This document shows positions 18,355-27,902 of a stretch of 64,000 nt of DNA, piece after piece. This stretch comes from an uncultured Bacillales bacterium (GTDB taxonomy: Bacteria; Bacillota_I; Bacilli_A; RFN20; CAG-826): contig CAMJAG010000001.1 in the NCBI GenBank assembly GCA_946403545.1, positions 872-64,871 of the forward strand, written 5' to 3'. The notes beneath the pieces are model-generated. The model worked only from the letters and a program-made list of their open reading frames with translations. It had not been told where the DNA came from and did no database searches. Position 1 is the first letter of the stretch. Each line of letters opens with the position of its first letter. The translations under genes and the position numbers were made by a program.

Positions 18355-21300
18355 TTACACGGATAATGTAGCAGTTAAAACTGTGTTAGCTGCGACATAA
18401 GCTGCGAGGTCACCAGTACATGAATTGACTGTCATTGTAAGTGTGTTACCACTACCTGGAGCCAATGTCATTTTAATAACACTTGCTGCGGATTGTAGTT
18501 TTGGAACATTAACTGTAACTTCGTTATTGAAGACGTTGTATGAACATTTAACTTCGCCACCTAATGCTGCGCATGAGAGATAGCAAGCACCGAGTTCATC
18601 AAATCTGATAGAAGCATCAACTGTACCACCAGCAATCTTACCATTGAAAGTTAAGCCTTTATATGGAGTGATTGCGGAGTAGATATTGTTGTCTTCGTTT
18701 AAGAACATCATGTCATCAACATAGAAGTATTCAGCTGAACCAGCACCACTCTTTGTTTGCGGAACGAATCCAACACCATAGTATGTCTTAGATGGGTCTA
18801 ATGTAACTGTAGCTCTTACCCAACCACTGTTTGCCTTAACAGTAATGTCGCTAGAGACACGTGCTGAACCGACGTTAGAGGATGTAATTGTTTGAGCTGT
18901 ATAGACTTGAGTTCTAAGAACCATATCATAATTTGTTGGGTTCTTAACATAGAATGAGAAGACGTTTGCTTTTGTATGAGCTTGAGCTGTTCCTTTAAAT
19001 AAGCCCCAAGTCATATATCTCATAGCGTTACTCTTGTTCCATTTGAGTTTGAGAGAGTTATTACCGCTATGGACATTTGCTGAACCTGTTTCAAGTGATA
19101 ATTGATCACCATTACCACCCATTAATGACCAGCCGTTGCCACCGATTGGGGAACCGCTACCACCTGAGTAGTAATCACAGTAATAAGCACCACGAGCACC
19201 AGAGATATTGGATTCATCTTTATTGCTTTGATAGTACATCTTACCACTTTCAGTATATGTTTCAGCGTTATCTAAGATATCAACCATTGTCATGTTAACG
19301 TTAGCTAAGATGTTAGAAATTGTACCTGTAGCGCTAACGTAAGTTAATGTCTTACCATCAGTGCTTAAGTTAGCAACGTATTTACCTGATGTAGCGAAAT
19401 CAAATGTAATCTTGTTACCAGAATAGCTATATGTACCTGCCACATCTTCCATTGAAGCTTGAGCAAAGTCGAATAAGCACTTGTTGTCTTTTTTGATTTC
19501 AATTGTTGCTGGGCATAAATTCATTGCTTTACCCATGAACATTTGACCAACTTCCACTAATTTGTCTGGTTCTGGTGGAACGAAGACTGCGTATGGATTT
19601 GCACCATAGACTTCAACGTCATCGATGTATAACCATGCTTCGTTTGCAGATAAGCTTGTGTTCTTTTCTGTGAAGATCATGTAGCCATAGTAAACGAGGT
19701 TTGGATTAAGATCGATTTCGAAATGTTTCCATTGACCGATAGCTGCTGTTTGTTCGAATGTTTGTGCTCTAACTTGTTGATCTCTTGTGCCGTTTGTTGG
19801 AGCACTTTGAGAATACATAGAGACTTTGAATGATTTAACTAAACCGTTTGTCTTAGCCCAGAAGGAGAGCTTGTTACCACGGAATGCTTGTTTTTCTGCT
19901 GTGCCATCGAATAAGCCCCATTGCATATATCTGAATGCGACTGATTTAGAGTGTTTTAAGCAAAGATAGTTGTTACCAGAGTGAGCGCCAGCTTTATCTT
20001 GTTTTAATTTAAGTTGTGAGCCATCGCCACCTAAGAGTGACCAACCACTTCCGCCCCAATCAGATGAAGCTGTTCCACCTGCGTAGTATTCGGAGTAGTA
20101 AGCACCACGGCAACCACTTCTATTGTTTTTATCTTTGTTGGATTGATAATATGCAGTGCCATCTTTATCGTAACTTTCGAAGTTATCAACGACTTGAACT
20201 GCATCAAGATCCATTTGACCAACTTCTTGTGCTAATTGACCTTCAGCACTGACGAATGTAACTTTTTGACCACCATTAGTGAAGTTACCAACGTATTTGA
20301 GTGTTGCGCCATTATCACTAGATGTGAATACTAATGAATCGTTATTAGCAACGACTTTACCAGGAACTTCGACTGGATCTTCTAAGTCAACAACCTTAGC
20401 TGTTGCAGCACCGTTAGCACCGATTTCGATTCTAACGATGTTACCAGTGGCTAACTTACCTGTGTAAACATTAGCAGCTTTATTAACTGTTGTTGTTTCT
20501 GCTCTTGCTTCTTTTAATGTAACGAAGCTGACAGAATCACAGAATGAAGCACATGGTTGACCACTTGTCTTATCGTCACCTTGTAAATAGAATTCGATTC
20601 TTGTTAAGTAGTTAACGATGTCATCTTGGTGAATACCTGTCCAACCAGCAACTGCTTTAATGGACTTGCCTGCTTCACCCCATAATGCCCAACCATCATC
20701 ATCTAGTGGAATTGTGTATTCTGCATATTCACTAGTTGTTGGTTTGAGTGTGTAAGTGAATGAAGGAGCTTGTAATTTACCTTCGATTTCAACTGAAGCG
20801 TGTAATAGGACTTTAACTGTCATGAAGCTTGGAGTCATGAGTCTGAATCTTAAAGCATTAACAGCGTTAGGGAATTCGCCACCATTGAAACGTTTAGCGA
20901 ACTTATAGCCAACGTTGTTTCCCCAAGAGTCAAATCTTAATGCCTTTTGGCCTTCAACTGACTTAACGCCTAATGAAACTGCTGCTTTAGTATCTTCTGT
21001 CCAGCCACCTTCATTCTTGTAGCCAAGTGCTACCCAACCAGCGTCTGTCATAGATGGAGAGTCAGCATAGTTTTCAAAGTCATCAACTACTACTAAGTCA
21101 TCATATGTAGTAAAGACTGCGTTGAATTGTGTGTCTGCTGTGATAGGAGTTTTAATATCTCTATCCCATTTTTTGAATCTGTAGAACTTAGATTCTTTAT
21201 CGCCTCTTCTTGTAGGTGTTTCACCTTCATAAACAGCGCATTGACCTTCTTCAACTTGGCTGATTTGAACTGGTAAACCATTGACTACGAATTGTACGAT

Positions 21301-21543
21301 GTATTTTTGCTTAGCTGGAGTATAAGATGGAGTTTCTTTACTCGATGAGGAAGTATTTCCGCCACCTTGTGAACTTGATGTTCCACCTTGAGAGCTAGAA
21401 CCACCTTGTTCTCTAGATGTTGGTTTTGGTCCCCAACCTTCGCCTGGATCAACACTAGGATTTAAAATTCCGTGACATGCGCCAAGCATTAATGCAGTTG
21501 CAAAAACGACCGGTAAAAAAGCGAATTTTCTCTTATTTCTCAT
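18355..21543 (-). CDS. giant surface lipoprotein built from three repeats of a CBM-like module plus a small beta unit
   Basis: The ORF-track start is 21570. I prefer the ATG at 21543 (MRNKRKF...), which is preceded by AAGGAAAGGA. Lipobox LGAC, then a Ser/Gly-rich linker. Shows internal triplication (see findings). Confidence 0.6.
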   Translation of the reverse strand: MRNKRKFAFLPVVFATALMLGACHGILNPSVDPGEGWGPKPTSREQGGSSSQGGTSSSQGGGNTSSSSKETPSYTPAKQKYIVQFVVNGLPVQISQVEEGQCAVYEGETPTRRGDKESKFYRFKKWDRDIKTPITADTQFNAVFTTYDDLVVVDDFENYADSPSMTDAGWVALGYKNEGGWTEDTKAAVSLGVKSVEGQKALRFDSWGNNVGYKFAKRFNGGEFPNAVNALRFRLMTPSFMTVKVLLHASVEIEGKLQAPSFTYTLKPTTSEYAEYTIPLDDDGWALWGEAGKSIKAVAGWTGIHQDDIVNYLTRIEFYLQGDDKTSGQPCASFCDSVSFVTLKEARAETTTVNKAANVYTGKLATGNIVRIEIGANGAATAKVVDLEDPVEVPGKVVANNDSLVFTSSDNGATLKYVGNFTNGGQKVTFVSAEGQLAQEVGQMDLDAVQVVDNFESYDKDGTAYYQSNKDKNNRSGCRGAYYSEYYAGGTASSDWGGSGWSLLGGDGSQLKLKQDKAGAHSGNNYLCLKHSKSVAFRYMQWGLFDGTAEKQAFRGNKLSFWAKTNGLVKSFKVSMYSQSAPTNGTRDQQVRAQTFEQTAAIGQWKHFEIDLNPNLVYYGYMIFTEKNTSLSANEAWLYIDDVEVYGANPYAVFVPPEPDKLVEVGQMFMGKAMNLCPATIEIKKDNKCLFDFAQASMEDVAGTYSYSGNKITFDFATSGKYVANLSTDGKTLTYVSATGTISNILANVNMTMVDILDNAETYTESGKMYYQSNKDESNISGARGAYYCDYYSGGSGSPIGGNGWSLMGGNGDQLSLETGSANVHSGNNSLKLKWNKSNAMRYMTWGLFKGTAQAHTKANVFSFYVKNPTNYDMVLRTQVYTAQTITSSNVGSARVSSDITVKANSGWVRATVTLDPSKTYYGVGFVPQTKSGAGSAEYFYVDDMMFLNEDNNIYSAITPYKGLTFNGKIAGGTVDASIRFDELGACYLSCAALGGEVKCSYNVFNNEVTVNVPKLQSAASVIKMTLAPGSGNTLTMTVNSCTGDLAAYVAANTVLTATLSV

Positions 21544-21662
21544 AAGAATTCCTTTCCTTGCATTATGCAATATGTAGAAAGAGTTGGACTCTTTAACGGA
21601 TTTATTATAGCCCGGAAATTAGTATATTTTATATATTAATTTAATAAACTTTACTAAAATTT

Positions 21663-21685
21663 TGTAAACATTTTAAAAAGTTTAC
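21663..21685. promoter_or_regulatory. inverted repeat TGTAAAC-N10-GTTTAC, candidate operator in the divergent promoter region
   Basis: GTAAAC (21664-21669) and GTTTAC (21680-21685) are reverse complements. The same hexamer recurs at 21798, 21818 and 21834. Confidence 0.3.
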
Positions 21686-21848
21686 GAAAACACTATTAAG
21701 TATATTCAAATATTTTTAATTTTAAATTTAGCGTGCGTTACGCGCAAAATTATTATTTATATATAAGGAATAAGAGTAGAGAATTTCAAAAATATTTGTT
21801 TACTAATTTTTATAAATGTTTACCAAAATAATGGTTTACAATATAAAC

Positions 21849-22763
21849 ATGAAAAAGTTTATTAAATATTTACTATTATCCCCGATGATGTTTTCAGTTA
21901 TCGGATGTGGAAATCAAACAAAATCAGAGGAAAAATCTATGGAACCAAAACCTGTTGATGTAGTAGTTATCTCTGGTCAATCTAACGCAGTAGGATGCAC
22001 GCACGCTAAATGTATTACAAGAAGTATAGGTGCTGAAGCTTACTCAACATATATGACTGGTTATAACGACATTAAGATTGCATATGATTGTTGGACGAAA
22101 GATGAAGGTCCAAGATTTTATTCTCAAAACAAATCTAAAGATGAAACATTTGTGAAAGTCATGTTAGGACAAGGAAATGGCCTTGGAACATTCGGTCCTG
22201 AAATTGGTATTGCAGAAGCATTACATGAAAAATACGCTGATAGATTGTTCTTAATAAAATATGCTTGTGGCGCTTCTAATCTAAAAGATGACTGGGCACA
22301 AAAGAATTCACCAATGTATCCTAGATTAATCGAATATGTTAAAAAACAAATGCAAAACTTAGTAAGTATGGGATATGTTCCTACTATTAAAGCATTCTGT
22401 TGGATGCAAGGTGAAGGTGATTCTTGGGATGGATATTATCAAGAATATAAAGATAATTTAAGTGGCTTTGCCGCTAATATTCGTGAAGATCTTAAAGAAT
22501 TATCAGGTAACAAAGATGTTCCATTTATCGATGCTGGTATTTCTAATTCAAAAGATTGGCAATACTATAGACAAGTAAATAACGCTAAACAAGAGTTTGC
22601 AGCAGAAAGCGAAAACAATATCTACATTGATACTATTGCTGCAGGAATGCACACTAACGTAGAACCATTTGACACTCCTGATACATGTCACTACGATACA
22701 GAAAGTGAAGTATTATTAGGTCACTTGTTCGCAGATGCATTCGAACCATTCTTAGCAAAGTAA
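21849..22763 (+). CDS. lipoprotein, SASA/DUF303-type carbohydrate (sialate/xylan-type) O-acetylesterase
   Basis: The ORF track starts at 21816. The ATG at 21849 gives MKKFIKYLLLSPMMFSVIGC with a lipobox. Motifs ISGQSNAVG, WMQGEGD and CHYD. Confidence 0.65.
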   Translation: MKKFIKYLLLSPMMFSVIGCGNQTKSEEKSMEPKPVDVVVISGQSNAVGCTHAKCITRSIGAEAYSTYMTGYNDIKIAYDCWTKDEGPRFYSQNKSKDETFVKVMLGQGNGLGTFGPEIGIAEALHEKYADRLFLIKYACGASNLKDDWAQKNSPMYPRLIEYVKKQMQNLVSMGYVPTIKAFCWMQGEGDSWDGYYQEYKDNLSGFAANIREDLKELSGNKDVPFIDAGISNSKDWQYYRQVNNAKQEFAAESENNIYIDTIAAGMHTNVEPFDTPDTCHYDTESEVLLGHLFADAFEPFLAK

Positions 22764-22770
22764 AAGAGGA

Positions 22771-23766
22771 TTAATCCTCTTTTTCTTTATCCATAATTTG
22801 ATTAATTACTTCAATTAATTCTTTTGCCATTATGTCATGTTTATCTACATAAGCATGATTGGATATTGCCGTATTGTCTCCATCAAATTTATGGATAAAT
22901 AGGTTTTTATATAATGGTTTTAGATATTCATATGTTGCCTCTATCATTGGGTAAACATCTTTTTCTTTTAAAGTGCCATACACCATTAAGATTTTTAGAT
23001 CAGGATTTTTGGATAGCTCACTATCGATAAGTTCCTTATAAGTCTTCTTAAAGATGTTTACACGATTTAAAGAGTCTTTAACTGCAACATATGAATAGTC
23101 GTTAGTGCCTAGGCTAACGATGAGTAGGTCTGCTTTTTTATCATCAACATAGTTGATATCAGAGCAAACTTTTACTTTATCTTTATAATTTATAATTCCT
23201 ATTTCTTTTGGATTTGTGTAATCAGAGAACACTAATCCCCATCCACTAGCGGAGAATATGTCATAGTCATAACCAAGTTCATATAATCCATGAAAGCAAA
23301 AATCTCTTATAGAATCGTTGACATGAATACTTGCGTCACCATCATGTGCTAAGATACCAAATCCTGCGATTGTGGAATCTCCATAAACTTTAACTTTGTA
23401 TTTATGGTTGAAGTCGTAATCTAATATCTCTCCATCAATATCTAGAGAAGAAATAACAAGAGCATTATCATTAGCTTCATTTGCTTTAAAAATATCTACA
23501 AAGTGTTCCTTATTATCATTAAAAGAATAATTAAATATAGGGTTTTTAACGAGGATTTTGGTTTTCTTGTCATAGTTTTTATCTAAGATTAAATAAATGT
23601 ATCCAGGAGCAGGAACTAGTTCTAATTTAATAGAAAAACTATTTCCTTTCATTTTGAAAGAAAGACCTGAGCCTCCGTTATAAAAGGTATAACTTCCATC
23701 ATTGATGGAATATCTACCAAATAATTTAAGTTTATTTAAACTATTGAGCATAGTTAGATTATACAC
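22771..23766 (-). CDS. SGNH hydrolase with N-terminal beta-sandwich (CE2-like acetyl esterase)
   Basis: A roughly 120-aa N-terminal domain, then VYGDSTIAG, SASGWG and LGTNDY blocks. Confidence 0.55.
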   Translation of the reverse strand: MYNLTMLNSLNKLKLFGRYSINDGSYTFYNGGSGLSFKMKGNSFSIKLELVPAPGYIYLILDKNYDKKTKILVKNPIFNYSFNDNKEHFVDIFKANEANDNALVISSLDIDGEILDYDFNHKYKVKVYGDSTIAGFGILAHDGDASIHVNDSIRDFCFHGLYELGYDYDIFSASGWGLVFSDYTNPKEIGIINYKDKVKVCSDINYVDDKKADLLIVSLGTNDYSYVAVKDSLNRVNIFKKTYKELIDSELSKNPDLKILMVYGTLKEKDVYPMIEATYEYLKPLYKNLFIHKFDGDNTAISNHAYVDKHDIMAKELIEVINQIMDKEKED

Positions 23767-25179
23767 TTATCTAAACATATGAGGATATCTTTCTAACATG
23801 TAATCCATGTCTTTATCCCCTCTACCACTTAAGTTAACTAAAATAGATCCACTCTTCATGTTTCTAGCACATTTAATTGCGTATGCCAAAGCATGACTTG
23901 ATTCAATAGCAGGAATAATACCTTCTAATCTAGATAGTAAGAAGAATGCTTCTGCGGCTTCATCATCAGTAATTGATTCGTATTTAACTCTACCAATTTC
24001 CTTTAGGAAAGCATGTTCCGGACCGACACCAGGATAATCAAGACCACTAGCAATACTATAAGCATCTCCAGCGGATCCATCAGGGTTTTGCAATACTAAT
24101 GAATTAAATCCATGTAAAACCATTTCTTTTCCAAGTGTCATAGTAGCACTGTTTTTACCTGGTTCTTTTCCTGTTCCCATAGCTTCAACGCCTACAATGT
24201 TAACCGGTTCTTCTAAGAAAGCTTCAAACATTCCAATAGCGTTACTACCACCACCAACGCATGCTGTTACGATATCAGGAAGTTCGCCCGTCATATCTAA
24301 AAATTGTTGTTTTGCTTCTCTACCGATGACTTCTTGGAAGTCTCTAACCATTAATGGATATGGATGAGGACCAACTGCACTACCAATCACATAGAAAGCG
24401 TTTTTATATTCTTTCATGTATGCTTCAAAAGCAGCATCAACTGCTTCTTTAAGTGTTCTTGTTCCAAACTTAACAGGAATAACATTAGCTCCTAAAACTT
24501 TAATTCTTGCAACATTTGGTGCTTGTTTTTCCATATCTACTTCACCCATATAAATGTCACATTCTAAACCAAAGTATGCTGCCGCCATTGCAACTGCAGA
24601 ACCATGACTTCCTGCGCCTGTTTCTGCGATAAGCTTTTTCTTACCTAAATACTTAGCAAGTAAAGCTTGACCCATTGCGTTATTAAGCTTATGAGCACCA
24701 CCATGGTTTAAATCCTCTCTCTTTAAATAGATTTGAACTCTACCTAAATAGTTAGATAAATTTTGGCAATGATAAATAGGAGTAGGTCTTCCTTGGTAGT
24801 TCTTTCTTATTTCTCTGAGTTCTGCGATAAACTTGCTAGATTTAGCAATTGTCTGATATCCATAATAGATTTCATCCATTGCCTTTTGTAAGTTTTTAGG
24901 TACGAAACTGCCTCCATAACGTCCAAAATATCCATCATCGGTTGGATACTTCTTTCTATAGTTTTTAAAATCAAATTCGATTCCTTTTAAAGGAGAATCT
25001 TCAAATAATCTTTGTCCTTTAACTCTTCTATCTAAAGGTTTATTTGCATTCTCAGGTATTAAATACCTATGTCCTTCTAAGATTGCTCCTTCAATGCGTC
25101 CTTCTTTGAGTAACGCTCTTACTCTTCTTTCATTAATGCCGAACTTTTCAGCGGCTTCTGTTACGGATATATATTTCAT
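23767..25179 (-). CDS. trpB: tryptophan synthase beta chain fused to an N-terminal helix-turn-helix domain
   Basis: aa 1-50 form the HTH ([26 protein letters not shown]). The rest is canonical TrpB ([14 protein letters not shown] with the PLP lysine, [16 protein letters not shown]). Confidence 0.85.
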   Translation of the reverse strand: MKYISVTEAAEKFGINERRVRALLKEGRIEGAILEGHRYLIPENANKPLDRRVKGQRLFEDSPLKGIEFDFKNYRKKYPTDDGYFGRYGGSFVPKNLQKAMDEIYYGYQTIAKSSKFIAELREIRKNYQGRPTPIYHCQNLSNYLGRVQIYLKREDLNHGGAHKLNNAMGQALLAKYLGKKKLIAETGAGSHGSAVAMAAAYFGLECDIYMGEVDMEKQAPNVARIKVLGANVIPVKFGTRTLKEAVDAAFEAYMKEYKNAFYVIGSAVGPHPYPLMVRDFQEVIGREAKQQFLDMTGELPDIVTACVGGGSNAIGMFEAFLEEPVNIVGVEAMGTGKEPGKNSATMTLGKEMVLHGFNSLVLQNPDGSAGDAYSIASGLDYPGVGPEHAFLKEIGRVKYESITDDEAAEAFFLLSRLEGIIPAIESSHALAYAIKCARNMKSGSILVNLSGRGDKDMDYMLERYPHMFR

Positions 25180-25240
25180 ACCTTTTACTTCCTTTCGGTA
25201 TATTAGTCCTACCTATTATATAAAATATGAAATATAAAGA

Positions 25241-25261
25241 AAAGAAAAACCCTTCCGGGTT
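25241..25261 (-). terminator. intrinsic terminator after the alpha/beta hydrolase gene
   Basis: Short ACCC/GGGT hairpin (25249-25260) followed by a U-run on the minus strand. Confidence 0.4.
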
Positions 25262-26192
25262 ATTTCGTTTTAATGAATTCGTCTATTTGATCGAATATCT
25301 TTTCGTCCTGTTCCACTAGTCTGTCTAGTGATACATCTTTGAAGTAATCGATTCTTTGTTGTTTAGTTATAATCTTTTTCTTCTTAAGAAGATAATTATA
25401 TGTTCCAAAGACTTCATCCATATATTTAGTAGCAGCGTCAGTGTAGTTCGGATTATGTTTTCGACCCGTAACTTTCAAGCATGTAATATTTGGATTATTT
25501 AACTCTTCAACCTTTTCAAAAGAAGTAGAAATAGGCACCATTACATCATTATCTGAGTGGATAAAGAATAGCTTTTTGCTGGTGTTTTTGAGGAATTCTA
25601 AATTGTTTAAATCATAATATTCAGGAATTGTTTTCTTTTCATATTTAAGAATTCTACGAACAAAGAAGTTCTTCTTAAGCAAAGCTTTGATTTCTATCGG
25701 AATAGATAAAAAGCCAGATAAGATAACCGCTTGATCAATATCGTCTCTAATATGAATTAAGTTAAGAGCGGTATAGGCACCCATAGAATGTCCCACTAAC
25801 ACTATTGGTTGTTTAATCTTCAAAAGATCTAATAATTCCATAGTGTCTTTAGTAGGCATATTAACGCTTTCTAATCTTTCACCACCAGAATAATCACAAC
25901 CTGTATAGTCTAAAGTTAAGACTTTATATCCTCTTTTTGCCATTTGTTCTATTTCTGCTAGGTAGCAGCAATGTCCAGGTCCTAATCCATGTAAAAAGAG
26001 AATTAGTTTATCTTGGTTGTAGTTTTCATAGTAATAGTAAAAATAGCGGATATCCACTCCTCTTGAGTTGATGAAATGATATTCCTCTTGTTTCAGACCT
26101 TTAAAGTCGAAATGACTATGATAAGGAACCCCTATTTCTCTATCATAGCGGCATACAAATTTATTTCTATAAAGTGTAGATATTAATCCCAT
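25260..26192 (-). CDS. alpha/beta-fold hydrolase
   Basis: Nucleophile elbow GHSMGA. Oxyanion region LFLHGLG. Confidence 0.7.
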   Translation of the reverse strand: MGLISTLYRNKFVCRYDREIGVPYHSHFDFKGLKQEEYHFINSRGVDIRYFYYYYENYNQDKLILFLHGLGPGHCCYLAEIEQMAKRGYKVLTLDYTGCDYSGGERLESVNMPTKDTMELLDLLKIKQPIVLVGHSMGAYTALNLIHIRDDIDQAVILSGFLSIPIEIKALLKKNFFVRRILKYEKKTIPEYYDLNNLEFLKNTSKKLFFIHSDNDVMVPISTSFEKVEELNNPNITCLKVTGRKHNPNYTDAATKYMDEVFGTYNYLLKKKKIITKQQRIDYFKDVSLDRLVEQDEKIFDQIDEFIKTK

Positions 26193-26212
26193 ATTTGAAA
26201 TAATAACATCTA

Positions 26213-27805
26213 TTAGAATAAAGCCGAAATAATTTTAAACAATCCACAGATACTGCGTGGAATAAGTCTTAGTTTAAAGTTCTTATCAACCTTCTTAGAA
26301 ACACTAATCATTTCTTTGAAGTCATCACTGATTTGACTCATACACTTTACTTTGTAAAGAATTGTTCCACATTCAAAGTGATGGACAAGACTTCTAAAGT
26401 CAAAGTTAATAGTACCAACGAATGCTAATTCACCATCAGCAATTGCAGATTTCATATGGTTAAATCCAGGAGTGTATAAATAGATATTAACTCCAGCATC
26501 TAATAAATATCTGAAATTAGACTTTGCCAATAAATAAGCAAGTTTCTTATCTGGAATTCCTGGAACAATAAGATTTACTTCAACACCCCTTAAAGCAGCG
26601 TTCCGCAAAGCATCTATGAGTCCATATGTAGGAATTAGATAAGGAGTAGAAATATCCACTCTCTTCTTTGCGTAGTTAAGAATATTGATGTAATTTTGTT
26701 CACCAATAAGAGCGCTATCGATATCACCTGGAGAATCTCCAAATGGCATAACGAATCCATCATCATCGAATTCTTCATATTTGTGATTGAGATATTTATC
26801 AAAGTCAGTAGCTTTACCACTAGCTAACGAATAGTTCTCTAAGAAGATAGAAATTAAGTTATCAATTCCACTACCTTCGATTCTAACCATAGTGTCTTTC
26901 CAATAACCAAATCTCTTAATTTCATTAGCGTATTCATCTGCTAAGTTCATTCCGCCTGTATAACCAAATTGATGGTCAATAACCACTATCTTTCTGTGAT
27001 CTCTGTTATTGTACATACCTGAAAGAATAGGTCTAAATGGATGGAATTTGTAACATTTTATGCCATATTTACCAAGGATTTTAGGTGTTTTTGATGAGAT
27101 TGTGCCACCACAACCCATATCGTCATAAACGATTCTAATTTCAACACCTTCCTTAGCTTTATTAATTAATTCTTCTTTGATTAGGTTCCACCACTTACCA
27201 TCTGTAATGATGAAGAATTCCATAAAGATAAATTCTTTTGCTTTCTTAATGTCTTCATACATAGCAGGGAAAAATTCTTCACCTGACTTATAATAAGTAA
27301 CTCTATTATTAGTATGAACACTCAAGTTTGTAGTGTTTTTTAAATATCTAAAAGCACCTACGGATTGTTGTAAATCTTTTGAGATTTGTTTTTCTTCTTT
27401 TTTACTCTTTTCAAAATGAGGAGTAATTGCGTCTAAATATGCTTTAACAATTCTTTTATCTTTCTTTCTAAGACCATGATTACCAAAGATAAGGAACACT
27501 ATTGAGGTGAATAATGGAAGTAAGAGCATTCCAATAATCCAAGGAATCTTAAATTCTGGATCTTCTGCTTTATTAACAATTCTAAAGAAGATGAAGAACG
27601 CTATGAAGAAAATAATTAATCTACATAGTAAATAAACTAGGATAATTATTAATGCTGTATCTACACTTGGATTTGTTTTATCAATAATAAATAGAATGAT
27701 ATCATCTAAATAGAACTGCAAAACAATGAGTGCTGCAAACTCTATTAGTAGAATAAAAATAACTAACAAATAACCTGAAAGCAGGTTTCTAAAAAACTTT
27801 TTCAT
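26213..27805 (-). CDS. cls: cardiolipin synthase
   Basis: N-terminal TM segments. Two PLD HKD motifs (HRKIVVIDHQFGYTGGMN and HMKSAIADGELAFVGTINFD). Confidence 0.85.
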   Translation of the reverse strand: MKKFFRNLLSGYLLVIFILLIEFAALIVLQFYLDDIILFIIDKTNPSVDTALIIILVYLLCRLIIFFIAFFIFFRIVNKAEDPEFKIPWIIGMLLLPLFTSIVFLIFGNHGLRKKDKRIVKAYLDAITPHFEKSKKEEKQISKDLQQSVGAFRYLKNTTNLSVHTNNRVTYYKSGEEFFPAMYEDIKKAKEFIFMEFFIITDGKWWNLIKEELINKAKEGVEIRIVYDDMGCGGTISSKTPKILGKYGIKCYKFHPFRPILSGMYNNRDHRKIVVIDHQFGYTGGMNLADEYANEIKRFGYWKDTMVRIEGSGIDNLISIFLENYSLASGKATDFDKYLNHKYEEFDDDGFVMPFGDSPGDIDSALIGEQNYINILNYAKKRVDISTPYLIPTYGLIDALRNAALRGVEVNLIVPGIPDKKLAYLLAKSNFRYLLDAGVNIYLYTPGFNHMKSAIADGELAFVGTINFDFRSLVHHFECGTILYKVKCMSQISDDFKEMISVSKKVDKNFKLRLIPRSICGLFKIISALF

Positions 27806-27851
27806 ATTAATTCACCTTCATAGTTATTTTAGCATGTGTTTATTTATAAAC

Positions 27852-27889
27852 AAAAAGAAAAAATACCCCCACCACTGAGGTAGGGGTAT
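27852..27889 (-). terminator. intrinsic terminator after the flotillin gene
   Basis: Arms ATACCCC (27863-27869) and GGGGTAT (27883-27889), followed by a U-run on the minus strand. Confidence 0.65.
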
Positions 27890-27902
27890 CTAAGATAATC
27901 AA

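Noticed and set aside
18355-21570. Several 60-80-aa ORFs on either strand inside the giant lipoprotein gene (for example 19077-19298 and 20016-20252)
   Set aside because: They are fully nested in a long, repeat-structured CDS and have His/Arg/Leu-rich nonsense composition. There are no start signals.
21731-21745. Small GC-rich patch GCGTGCGTTACGCGC in the AT-rich intergenic region
   Set aside because: It contains only a 4-bp palindrome (GCGT/ACGC) and has no second copy in the window. That is too weak to call a regulatory site.
25180-25259. Possible T-box or trp attenuator upstream of the HTH-trpB gene
   Set aside because: The gap is only 80 nt, and most of it is the terminator of the upstream hydrolase gene. 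No specifier or antiterminator-like structure fits.
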